From Mesotaenium endlicherianum (taxonomy: Eukaryota), in NCBI GenBank assembly GCA_009602735.1, contig WELA01003378.1, positions 65,712 to 129,711 of the forward strand: DNA of 64,000 bases, written 5' to 3'. The notes under the pieces are model-generated. The model did not search any database. It saw only the letters and a program-made list of their open reading frames with translations, and was not told where the DNA came from. Of this stretch, positions 24,856 to 38,100 are shown in pieces (positions within the stretch are counted from its first letter, which is position 1; each line of letters opens with the position of its first letter). Both the position numbers and the translations under genes were made by a program.

Positions 24856-25232
24856 GTGCTGGAGTTGTTCGCCGAACTTGGTTCTGGAACCATCTCACTG
24901 ATACAGCGAGGTATCCAGGTATCCAAAGTGCTGTATGTGGACAATGATGAGAGTGCTTTAACAGCATTTAAGGAGGTCATGGGTCAGATGCGGCAGATGT
25001 ACCATTTCAAGGCGTTGGTGCCTACTAGTTTGGTGCGTCTTCCTGAGGAAACATTCTCGATGTGAAGTTTGAGGACCTGTATGGTTACAGGATTGACTAG
25101 ATTTTTGCGGGATTCCCTTGTCAACCTTTCTCGCAAGCTGGGAACAGGAGAGGATTCAGTGACCCGCGAGCACAACACTGGGGATGGATAGTGAAAATCA
25201 TTGGTATGCTGCGGGAACGCCAGCATCTCTAC
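24856..25232 (+). pseudogene. C5-cytosine DNA methyltransferase of element C, N-terminal half (motifs I-V)
   Basis: VLELFAELG (motif I), YVDND, then after a frameshift AGFPCQPFSQAGNRRGFSDPR from 25107; ends at HLY on a family A LTR. Confidence 0.88.
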
Positions 25233-26051
25233 TGAAATGAATCGACTTACCAAATAGGCGATTAACAATTAATAAAGATCTTTATATCAGCAAGTAATCT
25301 TTATGGATTTTCCGTTAACTGATTAAAACACACTAGCAGTGGACAACACTCGTAAGTCAAATGCGAGTAAACCAGCATCAATCATGCAATCAGTAAACTC
25401 ATACATAAGCAAGGCTAGGAGACAGTGCGTATCAATGGCTTCTCGCCTTGGATTCAGATCTCTCTGAGTAAGCTGTACAAGAGAGTTGGCCTCGTTTCCA
25501 AATGCCGGACTCGAGAGCAATGCCTAGCATATGTACATGGAATGAGTTTACTGTTCAACGGCCAGTGCGATGGCACCGCTTACCCGGGAGTTAACCACGT
25601 TGGTAGAACCTCGGTTAACCAAATCCACCGCCATCTCCCATCATCCCGAATCGCCATCCATCATAGGGATGTCATCTGGCCATTCATCTAGCCTATCACA
25701 CTTAGATGCATATCGAGGCAGTTCGCTGCTACCGAGTACGGAAGTCAGCTGGCTGTCAAAGAATGTGTCGGCAAGCTGACTTAAGTTGACTTCAGCCTGC
25801 TGCTTCCGGCTGAGTGATTAAACTGCTATTAAGTATAAAGTCCAGCAGAATGACTATTTAATTAGAGTTCAGCATGCTAAACTTGATTAACTATTATATT
25901 TAAATGAATATTATATCTACCAATATATTGATTCATTACAATCCCTCCAACTTAACTTGTTGTCGCCTCAACGACATTAAACTGTAGAAATCTTAAATAA
26001 GGGAACTGAGCCTGACCAGCCTCCGCCACTGACTGCCCTTTAGCCTGTCAC

Positions 26052-27751
26052 CTAGGGGGTTGTTCCTGGGGCTCCAGAATCAGGAGACTGAGATTTGGAC
26101 CTAGATCTGGATAGCCCTCTAGGTCTGTCAGCTGGCCTTCTAATGAACCCCGTTTGTTCTAAAGGTTGACCTCGAGGAGAACGAAGGATGGTAGCCTGCT
26201 CTTCACCCACTTGGGTGTTGATCCCCACATAGACAGGCATTCCAGTAGGATGCTGAAATACATTGGCAAGAGGTACATGTCCCTGAGCAAAGGGGGAGGC
26301 GGGCATACCTCTGGCCACCCCGCGTGGCCCTCTTCTGAAACCCCTGCCATCTGGGGATTTCTGCCAGTGTCTGCTGCCAAGTACAGTCAAATCAGCTTCT
26401 TCTCCTGCTTGGGCAGGTGGGCTGGGGGAGCGAGTGCGGGGTCCAGTTGCCTCCATGACCGGGATCACGTTCCATATACCTGATCTTGGTTCCTTAGGAA
26501 GTGCCCCTGCCTGCTCCCGTGTCTCCTGAGTACCAGCTCCTGATGCTTCTCCTCTGCCTTGTTCTTCTTCCTCATCCCCCTCATCCTCCTCCTCTGAGAG
26601 AGTAGGAGTCTCGTCAACTAAGTCGTTTCGCTCTCTGGTAGACATGGAGTAGTCTACTGATCTCCCGTTCTTAGGGCGCGCTGGAGGTTGCTTGGCCTTC
26701 AGCCTGCTAATATCTATCCGGCCTGCATTCTTTGCCCATTTGACGAAGGCATGCTTTCCCTTAGAGAAGTAATCTCTTCCCCTCCTCCTGTGCTCTTTGG
26801 TCTCTGCATTCATATTGCTCAGGCAGCCATTCAGCCTGGGATCCCAAGGGGCAATGTGAGGAGGTAGGATGAGGCAGCCGTCTAGGCCATAGTGGAAGTC
26901 GTCGGGTTGGGCTCGGTCACAATCCTGCTTTTTGTTTGTGACGGTCATTCACCTCCAGCCTGTGGGCTGCTGGTAGTACTGGGGTCCATGCTCAGCTTTT
27001 CTCAGTTTACATGGGAACCAGTGGGGAGAAAACATCTGCTGTCCTGCTTCCCTGGCCAAGTACTCCCAGCTCCTTCTCTCAACTTCATTGTAAGCTGGCA
27101 ATAGTGTGAGGTAGAATACCGTATCCTTAAAGCTATCGGGCCGCAAGCTTACCATCCTGATGAGTCTCTGATCTCCCACTATTCCCGGTATTGGGACTGG
27201 CTTGTACTCAGAATCATCGGCATGATACCGGGCCTGCTCTGCTGTATAGCCCACCATCTTGGCATAATCCTCGTAGAGGACCACACCAGTGTGTCTCTCA
27301 ATGTACCTATCCAGTGCTGCAGTTCCTTCCCTCTATAGCAGTGCTGTCTGTTCCAGCTTGTTGATCTCCTGGGCTGCCAGCAATGCTTCCTTCAGGTTAT
27401 CAAAGTTTTGGCCACCCACCACAGTATACCTGTAAGTGGCCAAGCTCTTACGCCTGTCCGCTTCAGCCTTTTACCTTCTCTCCTCCTCTGCCGCTGCCGC
27501 TTCTCTCGTTGTTTCTTCTGTCTCTCCTCCTCAGCTTTCCTGAGGTTTTCCGCTTCCTGATCCTTCTTCCTCTGTGCTTCTTCTGCCGCCTCTTGTTGTT
27601 TGCGGACCCTCTCTTGTTCGATCCTGGTGAGGGACGTCGCCGTCAGATCCTTCTGGTATTGCTCCATTGTCCTCTTAGCTTCTTCTGCCTTGCGCTTCCA
27701 ATCCTCCTTTTGGGTGGTGGGAGCCATCCTGTACATGTAACCAGGGCACAA
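26052..27751 (-). pseudogene. Decayed copy of the family A extra ORF
   Basis: Three ORF fragments align to 2667-4367; in-frame stops and one frameshift. Confidence 0.9.
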
Positions 27752-28131
27752 GTTAGTAGGATATTGACCTTTGTCCTAGAAGTTGCAGGAAGGGAGTAAG
27801 TTCGTTTTAGTATGGTGTATTCGTTCCTGTTTACCTTACAGGGTGCTTGCTAGGAGTTGACGTAGTTGCGGTGCGCTAGACATAAACATATGAATGTGGT
27901 TATAGGTGTGTTAAGTGATGCATGGCTGTGCGAGGCTCTTTGTCCATTCGCTAAAGGTGCTTTATGTGGGCCAGGCTGTCCCCTCTGTCACTATGCTGAC
28001 ACTTAGGGTTCACATAACTGTCCCTAACTGTCCCTTTCTCGCTCTCGCACACTAACTGTCATATACTTTCCCCTCCAACTTAAATGGAGACAGGACCTCC
28101 TGTCACCTGCCCGTGTCAACTGAAATGACTG

Positions 28132-31100
28132 TTAGGGAGGTGCTCCAGCCGCCCGAAGGTGGAATCGTTTCAACGCCCCTTTGGCATTAGTCAAATGGTC
28201 TTTAAATTCCCAAGTGTCCCCTGAGGCATCGTAACCCTTCCATCGAATGAGGTACTTCATGACATATTTAGACGATCGACAGACCGAGCGCGCGTCTAAA
28301 ATCTCCTCAACCTCATATTCCTCATGGTCGCCGTCCCGGACAGCGGGGACCGGTCCCGGTTGGACAGGTAACCGACCCGTGAACAGTGTATCACCTTTGA
28401 TGTAGGGTTCCAGGAAGGAGACATTAGAGACCGGATGACCCTTGTATTCGGTTGACACGTTCAGTTTGTAAGCGTTCTGACCGACACGACGCACCACCGA
28501 ATATGGACCGACCCAGACAGGGCCAAGCTTTTTCTTGACCACACCAGGGAGGTACAGGTGCTGAGAATGTAGTTTGACCAAATCGCCTTTAGAAAAGGTC
28601 GGTTCGCGACGGTGCTGATTAGCGTACTTTTGTTGGTTTTCTTGGGCTCTGTGTAGGTTTTGCTGGACTTCTGACAGGGTGTCAGCAAACTCCTGAGTTA
28701 ACTGGAGAGAGACCGGATTGTCAATCCCTTTAGGGTGAGTTAAAGACTCCCCTAGGACATCTAAAGGAGACTTAGGGACTCTACCCAGGCTGAGTTCAAA
28801 AGAAGTCTTGCCCATTGACGCGTGCACCGCACTGTTGACCGCAAATTGGATTTGGGGTAACAAGTCATCCCAATTATCTTGTTATTGGTTAATATAGGCT
28901 CTCAGTACCTCTTGCAGAACTCGGTTAGTTCTCTCAGTCTGCCCATCAGTCCGAGGGTGGTTTGCTGTGCTGAGCAGCTGTGTGACTCTCATTAACCCCA
29001 TTAAAGCCCTCCAGAACTTAGAGATAAATTTTGAGTCTCTGTCTGAGATTGTATTAGAGGGTAGCCCATGTTGGCATACTACATGGTTGTAGAACTGTCG
29101 CTGTTTCGAGTGCAGTTACTTTGACGGTTGTGGGGATGAAAATGGCCATTTTTGTCAGTTTATTCACGACTACCAATATCGAATCATGCCCATTGGCAGT
29201 TCGTGGCAGTGTGACCACCCAGTCCATTGATATCGTTTCCCAGCGACCAGCTGGGATGGGCAGTGAATGTAAGAGGCTCCCCGGTGGTGTGTGCCTAGAC
29301 TTGTTCTTTTGACATTGGTCACAAGACTTAACGTATTTCAAGACCTCTCGAGGTAAATCCTCCCAATGATAATGTTTTGCCAGTTTGCCAACAGTTTTGG
29401 CCTGCCCCAAATGCCAACCCAGTAAACTGTCATGTGCTTGACTCAATAAAAGGGACCTTATTTCCAAGTTATGAGGAATGACCAGCTTCAGCCCGCCTGA
29501 AGCGGTTTCAGACACCCAGACCCCTCCCTGAAGCTTATACCCGAGTGCAGTAGCACGACACATACCAGTAGTGGGGCTGGGCTCTAATGTTGGGTCAGAA
29601 AGGTAGGCTTTCCTAAGTTGTTCAAGGAAGGACTTTTTTACTTTTAGTGAAGTGAGTGCACACAGAACTTTATCTACAGCATGCTGACTAAAGTTCCTTT
29701 CTGTCAAGTCAGGTCTTCTAGAGAGTGCATCAGCAGGATTCAACTTCCCTGGTTTGTAGTCGATCTGGACTTGGAACTGCTCCAGCATCTGGCTTCAGCG
29801 GTTCTCCCTCCTCGACAGCTTGGACTTCTTCTGAAAGTGGGTCAGAGCTAGATGATCTGTAATCACCTTAAAAGCTTTACCATGTAAGCATGCTCTCCAC
29901 TGTTTGAGAACATGAATGATAGCTAGCAGCTCTTTATCATGCACTGGCTAATTAATCTTCGCTGGATTAAATTTCATAGACTTGTACAACACAGGGTGCC
30001 AATGTTGCCGTACCTTACCATCCTTAGTGGTTTTGTCAGCAGGCTGCAACAAAATAGCATCCAGTCGGAGGCATCAGTCACCACCTGCACCGGTTTGCTG
30101 GGGTCATACACGGCTAGCACGGGGGCAGAACAAGGGGCATCTTTAAGGGTCTAGAAGGCAGCCTGCTGCTCTCCCCTCACACATACCCTATGTCTTTCTT
30201 AGTAAGATCAGTGAGTTTACTGGCCTTTGTAGAATAATTCTCAATAAATCTACTATAGTAATTAGCCAACCCGAGGAAGGATCTAACTTCAGAGACAGAC
30301 TGTGGTACTGGCCAGTCCCTTATGGTCTGGACTTTCTTAGGATCCACGCTGATACCTTCTTTGTTGACAATGTGGCCTAAGAATTCAATACTTTCTTTAA
30401 AGAAATCACACTTGCTCATTTTAGCATATAAGTGATTTTTTCTCAGAGTGGCCATCACTGTGTTCAAGTGTCCAGCGTGCTGAGCTTCATCTATAGAGAA
30501 AATTAATATATCATCCAAGAAAACTTGCACAAACTTATCCAAGTAAGGTTTGAAAATGTCATTCATAGCACCCATGAAGGTCGCAGGGGCATTAATCAGT
30601 CCAAATGGCATCACGTTGAACTCATAGTGTCCATAACGTGTGCGGAAGGCAGTCTTGTGCTCATCCCCCTCAGCAATTCTGATTTGATGATAACCACTCT
30701 TGAGATCTATCTTACTGAACACCTTAGCACCAGACAGGGTATCGAGCAAGTTCTCGATTCTGGGTAAAACATACTTGTTCCTTACTGTAATTCTGTTCCG
30801 AGCTCTGTAATCCACACACATCCGCATATTGCCATCCTTTTTCTTAACGAACAGGATGGGTGCGCCATAAAGGTAATTTATTGTGGGAAATGTAACCATT
30901 TTCCTCAAGCTCTGCGATCTGTGTTTTCAACTCCTCGCTCTTGACATAAGACAAGCCATAAGTGCGTTGCCAGGGTGGCTGACTCCCAGGTAATAAATCA
31001 ATTCTATGATCTACTTCACTCTTAGGGGGTAGTTCTGGAGGCATATGAAATACATCCGTATACTTAGCAACAACTTTTGCAGCAGTAGGGTGCTCCGGAG

Positions 31101-32380
31101 GGCTTACCTTTTTGTCCACCACTTCTTCAGGTTGAGGAGGTACCTCTCTTAGCAGCAGACAAAACATTCTGTCTTCCTTCTGGTTCCAGCTTTTGACGAA
31201 CTCCATTGCATTCAGCAACTTGCATCTTTCTGGAAGCCTCTTCTTTTCCTTCATTTGCCATCCATACAGGACAAGAGGAAAAGCACTCGTGTGTCCTCCC
31301 GGGATACTTGAGGCATCTCTAAGGAATATTTTTCTATTCCCTTGGGTGACAGTAGGCAGCCTTAGCCGCTTAACTGAGTCCTTATGGATAAAAGTATGTG
31401 ACGCCCCTCCGTCAACAAGTGCCCTAACCTTCCTACCTGCAATCATGCAATGCAGTAGGATAGGGGGGACTGTCTTTTCCTGACTTTCGCATTGTTCTCC
31501 TGACTTAGCAAAGAAATGTTGGACATCGGGTGGAACAAGAGCATCCAGAGTGTGCACTCTCTGGATGTCTATATTGCTGATGGTCTCCTTTATCTGGTTG
31601 TCAGGCATGCATAGTGAATCCATTTCAGCAAGACCCATAATACCTGCTACGAGGGCAGTTTGTGACGACTCACTATCTCTAGCATCCTCACAGCCAGTAG
31701 ACTGGAAGACCGACTGTTGTTGAATTTTAAAGGCTGGTCTTTTCTCTCGACCTTAGGGAGGTGCTTGACTGGACACTTCTCTCTGAAGTGACCTGGCTGC
31801 TGGCAATGGAAGCAAATCGATTTTGCTGAGGCTGGTCTTGGCTTAGTCCTACCACCACCTCTTCCATAGCCGCCTCGAGGGAAACCACCTCTACCTCTAG
31901 ACTGTATGGCATTATACTCATACTCATATCCATCACCCTGATCATCCTCAGCCTGGTCTCCTTCAATTGCATTGTAGGAATCGTGGGGCTTTTTGACACC
32001 AAAGCATTACTCTGGCGCTTGTGATTGAACTGCTGCTGATCCCAGGCATCAGCATCCTGGATCAAGTCAGCCAGTTTCTCATACTTCTTCTCAGCGAAAT
32101 GACCAGAGACTTCGGATTTCAAGCCATACCTGAAGTATGCTATCCTATACCGTTCTGGCAAGTCTGGCTGCTTCATCATGTTCTCCTGGAACTTTTGAGC
32201 AAACTCAGCAACTGACGTGGTCTGCTTCAGTGTTAGGGAGATCATCGCATAGATAGCTTTCTCCTGCTAATTGATGACATCAAACTTCTCATGCAACTTC
32301 TCGACAAACTCTACCCACGTAGGGTCATCGAGTTGCAGAGTCTTACGCTCCCCTTTCCAGTAAAGCCACCAGTCTGCGGC
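28132..32380 (-). pseudogene. Family A gag-pol (originally one frame), fragmented
   Basis: Gag (LKQTTSVAEFAQKF), RGG tract, CFHCQQPGHFREKC in frame with protease LVDGGA, then RT, RNaseH, integrase and chromodomain fragments. Confidence 0.92.
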
Positions 32381-33101
32381 TGAAACGAATCGACTTACCA
32401 AATAGGCGATTAACAATTGATAAAGATCTTTATATCAGCAAGTAATCTTTATGGATTTTTCGTTAACAGATTAAACGGCAAAAGGACAACACACTAGCAG
32501 TGAACGACACTCGTAAGTCAAATGTGAGTAAACCAGCATCAATCATGCAATCAGTAAACTCATACATAAGCAAGGCTAGAAGACAGTCCGTATCAATGGC
32601 TTCTCGCCTTGGATTCAGATCTCTCCCAGTAAGCTGTACAAGAGAGTTGGCCTCGTTTCCAAATGCCGAACTCGAGAGCAATGCCTAGCATATGTACATG
32701 GAATGAGTTTACTGTTCAACGGCCTGTGCGATGGCACCACCTACCCGGGGGTTAACCACGTTGGTAGGACCTCGGTTAACCAAATCCACCGCCATCTCCC
32801 ATCATCCCGAATTGCCATCCATCATAGGGATGTCATCTGGCCATTCATCTAGCATACCACACTTAGATGCATATCGAGGCAGTTCGCTGCTACCGAGTAC
32901 GGAAGTCAGCTGGCTGTCAAAGAATGTGTCAGCAAGCTGACTTAAGCTGACTTCAGCCTGCTGCTTCTGGCTGAGTCGTTAAACTGATATTAAATTATAA
33001 AGTCCAGCAAAATGATTATTAACTAGAGTTCAACAGGCTGAACTTATTTAACTGTTATATTTAAATGAATATTATATTAACCAATATACTGATTTATTAC
33101 A
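32381..33101 (-). repeat. Family A LTR (721 bp) joined directly to the interior of A2 gag, no PBS
   Basis: TG/CA termini; flank GAAAGACCATTTG identical to that of the solo LTR at 39210. Confidence 0.93.
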
Positions 33102-34421
33102 CAAATGGTCTTTCCAGACCCTCCAAAATTTCTTGAATTCTGACTGCATTTTTCAACTGTGCTGCCAATTGTATCTTGTAAATGCCCTTTGGCCTCTGGC
33201 TTTGGGCTCATCAGAACAGGTGTGGCGGGCAATCTGTCGACTGTCTCCTTCCTGCGTTCTTCAAAAATCACCTCCAGGCAAATGGTCTTTCCAGACCCTC
33301 CAGAATTTCCTGAATTCTGACTGCATTCTTCGGCCCATTTGCCAATATTGCACTAGCGTTCTTGATTTCTTGACGTTGCCGCGTCTGGGGATGGGCTGCC
33401 GTAGACCTGGTCTTGGGCCATGTTTCGTAACTCAGAAGTGGTCTCTTCCTCCCATTCCGGCATCCTCACAAATATTTGGCTGGAGCGTTCTGCAGATAAT
33501 GGGACCTCCTGTGATTTGCTTGCTGCAGCGCTCGCCAAAGGGTTTGCTTCACCAGTTGCCTGGTCTTCCATGGCTACGTCGCCCCGCAGCCTTCGCAGCT
33601 CTCTTTCCAGAGGGTCGTGTAGAGCCGTCATCCGATTATCAATTTGTGCCAGTAGGTCTTGACACCTGGTCAGCTCTGCCACTCTGGTTTCTCTGAGTGC
33701 TTCACCTTGGTCAGCCTCAGCTGCGTCCCTTTCAACACCGTATTCTTCTTGTCGCTGATGCGCTTCCCTGATAGCTCTCTGATCAGAGATTGGCACCACA
33801 TGGACTCCAATCGTTACTGGTCTCGGCCTGGGCATAGGCTTGTCAGAGAATGTCATCTGCTGCCAAGTCATGATCGTCTCCACCAACCACGTCATGGAGT
33901 GATGCCCAATCATATTGCCGAATATCTTTCCAGCGTCGTCCTGTCCCACCATCGCAACAATTTCTTGTGCAATGAAGTTGGGTACCCCCAGGCACCTTCC
34001 CTTCTCTTCAGCTGTCGCCTCTCTCCACTGAGCTTCTCTGTCGTGCGCATTCTTGACCATTCTTGGTCCTCCATTCACGAATGCGCGTGATCCTCGGTAT
34101 GCCGGTATGGCTCGTTGACGACGTACTGTGGATAGGAATCCCTCCTGATCACTGGCTTGGTTTCCACCATCAGTGCTTCTCCCACAGAAACTGCCGTTGG
34201 TGTGCGCCGCGTAATCTCCTCCATCTCCCTCAGGATTTCAATGGACATGCCGTTGGTCCAGAATAGTCTGGCCCGGTGTGAGAGTCCTCCATGCCTGGCG
34301 TCGTTGATCAATACATGATGACCCAGGGTGGAGTCGAAGACCAGCCATGGATCTCCTGGCTTCATCGGGTTGTAATTCATCCCTGGATGTACATTCTCAA
34401 TCACAAACATCGGTGGGTAGA
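33102..34421 (-). pseudogene. Inverted continuation of element C: MTase C-terminal half (motifs VI, VIII, IX, X) plus downstream charged region
   Basis: PPMFVIENV, DARHGGLSHRARLFWTN, REATAEEKGRCLGVP, KIFGNMI; starts with TSD TCTAC. Confidence 0.88.
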
Positions 34422-35175
34422 TGTAATGAATTAACATATCAATAGATATAATATTCATTTAAATATAATAGTTAATCAAGTTCAGCCTGCTGAACTCTAG
34501 TTAAATAGTCAGTCTGCTGGACTTTATATTTAATAGCAGTTTAATGACTCAACCGGAAGCAGCAGGCTGAAGTCAACTTGAGTCAGCTTGCCGACACATT
34601 CCGTAGTGATTTGAGGTATTATATATTAGTATGCTTATATTTCAATGTTTTCAAATATATTTGGAGTAGTATTGTGTGGAGTCAAGTGTGAATAGGTACT
34701 CTAGTAACTTGGTTCATGTCCTTGAACCTTCCAAGGCATTTTCGAAGTTAGAGGAAAGACCTAGAAAACTCCATGTGGCAAAAGTCAGATGTGCCATTTT
34801 TAGGTCAAAAGGACATGTGTACATTATTCTAGAAAGAGGTGGCAAGTTTTGGGATGTGTTGGGTGCCAACACATCAACATACACCTTCCTAGAAATTACT
34901 TATGTAGCAAGTATATAAACAAGAGCTAGAACATAGAAAGAGAATCCAGAATGACTCTTGTACTTGCCAAAATCCAGAAATATATTAACTTTCAAGAAGC
35001 CATCTCTCTTTCAAGAAGCTACCACTTGTGTTCAAAGATCCTTGTCTTGAATAGATAAAGTATTCTGTTTTACTAAGTACTTTATCTATCTGTTTCACTA
35101 CACATTCTGTGACAGCCAGCTGACTTCCGTACTCGGTAGCAGCGAACTGCCTCGATATGCATCTAAGTGTGATAG
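34422..35175 (+). repeat. Partial family A LTR (displaced 5' LTR of A2), carrying one insertion and truncated by another
   Basis: Shares variants (TAATCAAG, TAATAGCAG, CTTGCCGAC, GTGTGATAG) with 25233-25940; adjoins the TSD partner. Confidence 0.88.
34602..35102. mobile_element. Probable solo LTR of another family (D), 501 bp
   Basis: CGTAGTGA...TCACTACA inverted termini; 5-bp TSD CATTC (34597-34601 and 35103-35107). Confidence 0.8.
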
Positions 35176-38100
35176 TGTAATGAACCAGTCCATTATTTAT
35201 TTAATAAATTTATTATACAAATACAACCCTAAATAAGTATTGTGTCAACATACTCATATGTGCAAGTTCATATAAATGAATGTATGTCGATGTAATGCGA
35301 GTTTACTTACTTTGTCAAAAAAATCAGCTAACTGAATACTCCTAATAAACATCCCATCTCCCTCTCCCCGACTTAAATAGGTGTCCATTCGACAGCTCTA
35401 ACCACATAAGCACACCAAAAAGTGCCGACGACTCCGCATCATAGGAACCACACAGAGTGACAGTCACAGGGAATTGCGGAGGTACGAGTGGGTGGAGGAG
35501 AAGCGACAAAGGAATACCGAGAGAGGACACAAAGTGCAAACATCCAAGTAAGCAAGAAAAAAAGTCCCCCCCCCCCTAAAATAATAGTCCATTTTTCAGG
35601 ATTAGAGCAACGCCCAGAGTGGCTTAGGGAAGAGTGTACTGCCATTCGGACCCTCTCACCATAAAGCTCTATCCATGAATAACCCAATCTTAAGCCAGCG
35701 TATTACACCCCTCCATCTGGAAGTGTAGATAGCTTGCTACGAGATAAAGACAACTGGCCCCATTAGCAAGTTTCTCCAATACCAAAGAGTAGCTCAGTTA
35801 GCTGACTCTACCAACGCATGCATACAATGACTCATACCAGTCATTCCTAGCAAGACATACGCCAAAATGACAACCACCAAATAGTGAGAGTCAACAATCC
35901 AAGCGAAAAGGGAACAGAAGCAACCAACTATATCATAGTTCTGATGTTTCAGGATACTCCTTCCTTCAGGCCTTACTGCTTGAAGTTGCCCAGAGGACAG
36001 GTGGGGAAGCGTCACGTGGCAGCGTCTAGCATGCCAACTCCTCGGCCTCTCTCGACCTGTATGTCACCATTGCTTCACACTCTGCTTGTTGGTCTCCTTC
36101 TGTCAAACAGACAACAAGCCAGTGTGTAAGTTGCCTTCCATGAGCTTAGCTACGCGTGGTAAACACCACACCCTAGCTGCATCAGTCTACTCAAGATCTG
36201 ATGACTCCATCTTACATAGTTTCCAGGAGGGCGAGGCAAACATTGGGATCACATAGACTCAACCAATGACAATGGGCAAACTCAGTATAGCTCAAAACTA
36301 AGTTCCTCTCTGGAGGCACATACATGGCACCTATTGCAATTGCAGCAAGCACTTAGCAAGCCAATAACAACAGCGTGCATAAATAATTGGTTAGACTTTC
36401 GTACTGTAACCCCAAGCTAGCAAGAAGAATGTTTGTGCATCAGACTGAACAAGATCATTCAAGCCATGCATTGCGAGAACGTCTATAATGTCGATGGTCT
36501 CTTCTGTCCTTACTTAGGTGTGCAATCTATTACAATCTATTACAGCAGGGCCCATTTTACACCTGCTCTATGGTATGCTAACGGCGATCCACTACCTCTA
36601 GCACCCGGGATGCAAATTCCATGCACCTGACGCATATATAAATGCATCTTGCATGCTACCAAGCATGCGCCTCTAGCAAGCTTAGTTAGCTGCGAGGCCG
36701 GCAAAGACTTAGCACACTGCTAATATGCCCAGTTCGTCCCTGTGACGAAGACACAAACCTCCTTACACTTGACCAAGTGTACAGGTGGCATCCAAGAACA
36801 AATTGCCAACTGGACCTAAGGCAAGTAGTCAAACCCCCTCTAGTATCCACGTTGACTTTCCATACGTCAGTCAACACACCGTACTACCTAAGTCCCAATA
36901 TGCTGATCTATAGCCTGGCAACACCCAGAGCTCATTTAACTCAAGCACTCAAAGTACTCATTGTCCGCGGCTGCTCTCGGACCCTTAATAAACCATGCAA
37001 AGTAAAAGCGAGTCAAAGAAAAGCCATTGCGTCCATAAACCCAATTTCTTAATCCCTTGAACCACATTAGGTCAAATAAACCAGCAGGCTGACTTAACTT
37101 AAGTCAGCAATCACATAAGACCCGCATCCATAAACCTCAGCACACTGACTAAACCCGTCTTAAGCTTAAACCCAAGCTCCTACGATCCCATCAAGTACCA
37201 CAAAGCACCATCTAATACATAGCATTCAAGCACAAGGCCCACACCCTAAACCCTCCGAGCACAAATCAATGTGACAAACAAGAGAAGCACACAATGTCAC
37301 AGCCGCGATTGGGAGTAGGGGGTATCTGTAGGATGCCATAGTTGTTGCCGAAGCCTCTTCACATAGAAGTTGCAGCTAACTGAAGCTTGTGGACGACGTA
37401 GTGCACTTGGATCGTGGCGAGGATAACCTGTTGTTAATTCATACTTGGAAACTTAAGTTAGTAAATCATGTGTGCGCGTACTGTCTCAATGTCTCAACAC
37501 ATGTAGCCATACTCAAGCTCCCTCAACCTAACTGCCACACAAATAATGAGAGAGGTACGTATCTTGCAAAGCAACAAGCTTAAACCCGAAGGGATAGCAC
37601 AACAGACCAACAAGTCCTCTAGCACCGCTGGAGTGCACACCCCTCTCTATACTAGCCGTGGATTGCATATAACAACACACAACGACTATGATCAAGTGAG
37701 GTAAATGAGTCATATCCAGCTTGCTATGATGCAACTCCCTTGAGACTGCCCTTGATGCTTGCAGACACCTCTTCCATCAAGCCTCCACTTCAGGCTTCTC
37801 GTTGCGTGTAACTCTACACAAGAGGCTAGGAAAGTCAAGTTAGTATGCCGCATAGTACACTGAGCCAAGAGACACACTAGGTGAGCAAGTGGAAGGATCC
37901 TGGACAGGATGTGCAATGCTCTACATTCATACACTTCCCAAGCTCCACCTAGACTCATCATACCAAACAAGTAAGCCTCACACACTTACCTCATGAGACA
38001 AAGAAGACGAGCACGGACATTCAAGAAAGGACTTAGCTCCGATACCATTGAAATGCATCTTGCTTATTCAAGATAAATATATTTCAATTTAATATATAAG

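Larger units (their letters stand above)
25233..32380 (-). mobile_element. Family A copy A2, decayed: 3' LTR 25233-25940, extra ORF, gag-pol; gag 5' end missing
   Basis: Homologous to 1-5225; PPT at 25941-25953; several stops and frameshifts. Confidence 0.95.

Noticed and set aside
25233..33101. A single intact element bounded by LTRs 25233-25940 and 32381-33101
   Set aside because: Flanks TCTAC and CAAAT do not match, there is no PBS, gag is cut, and the true sister LTR is at 34422
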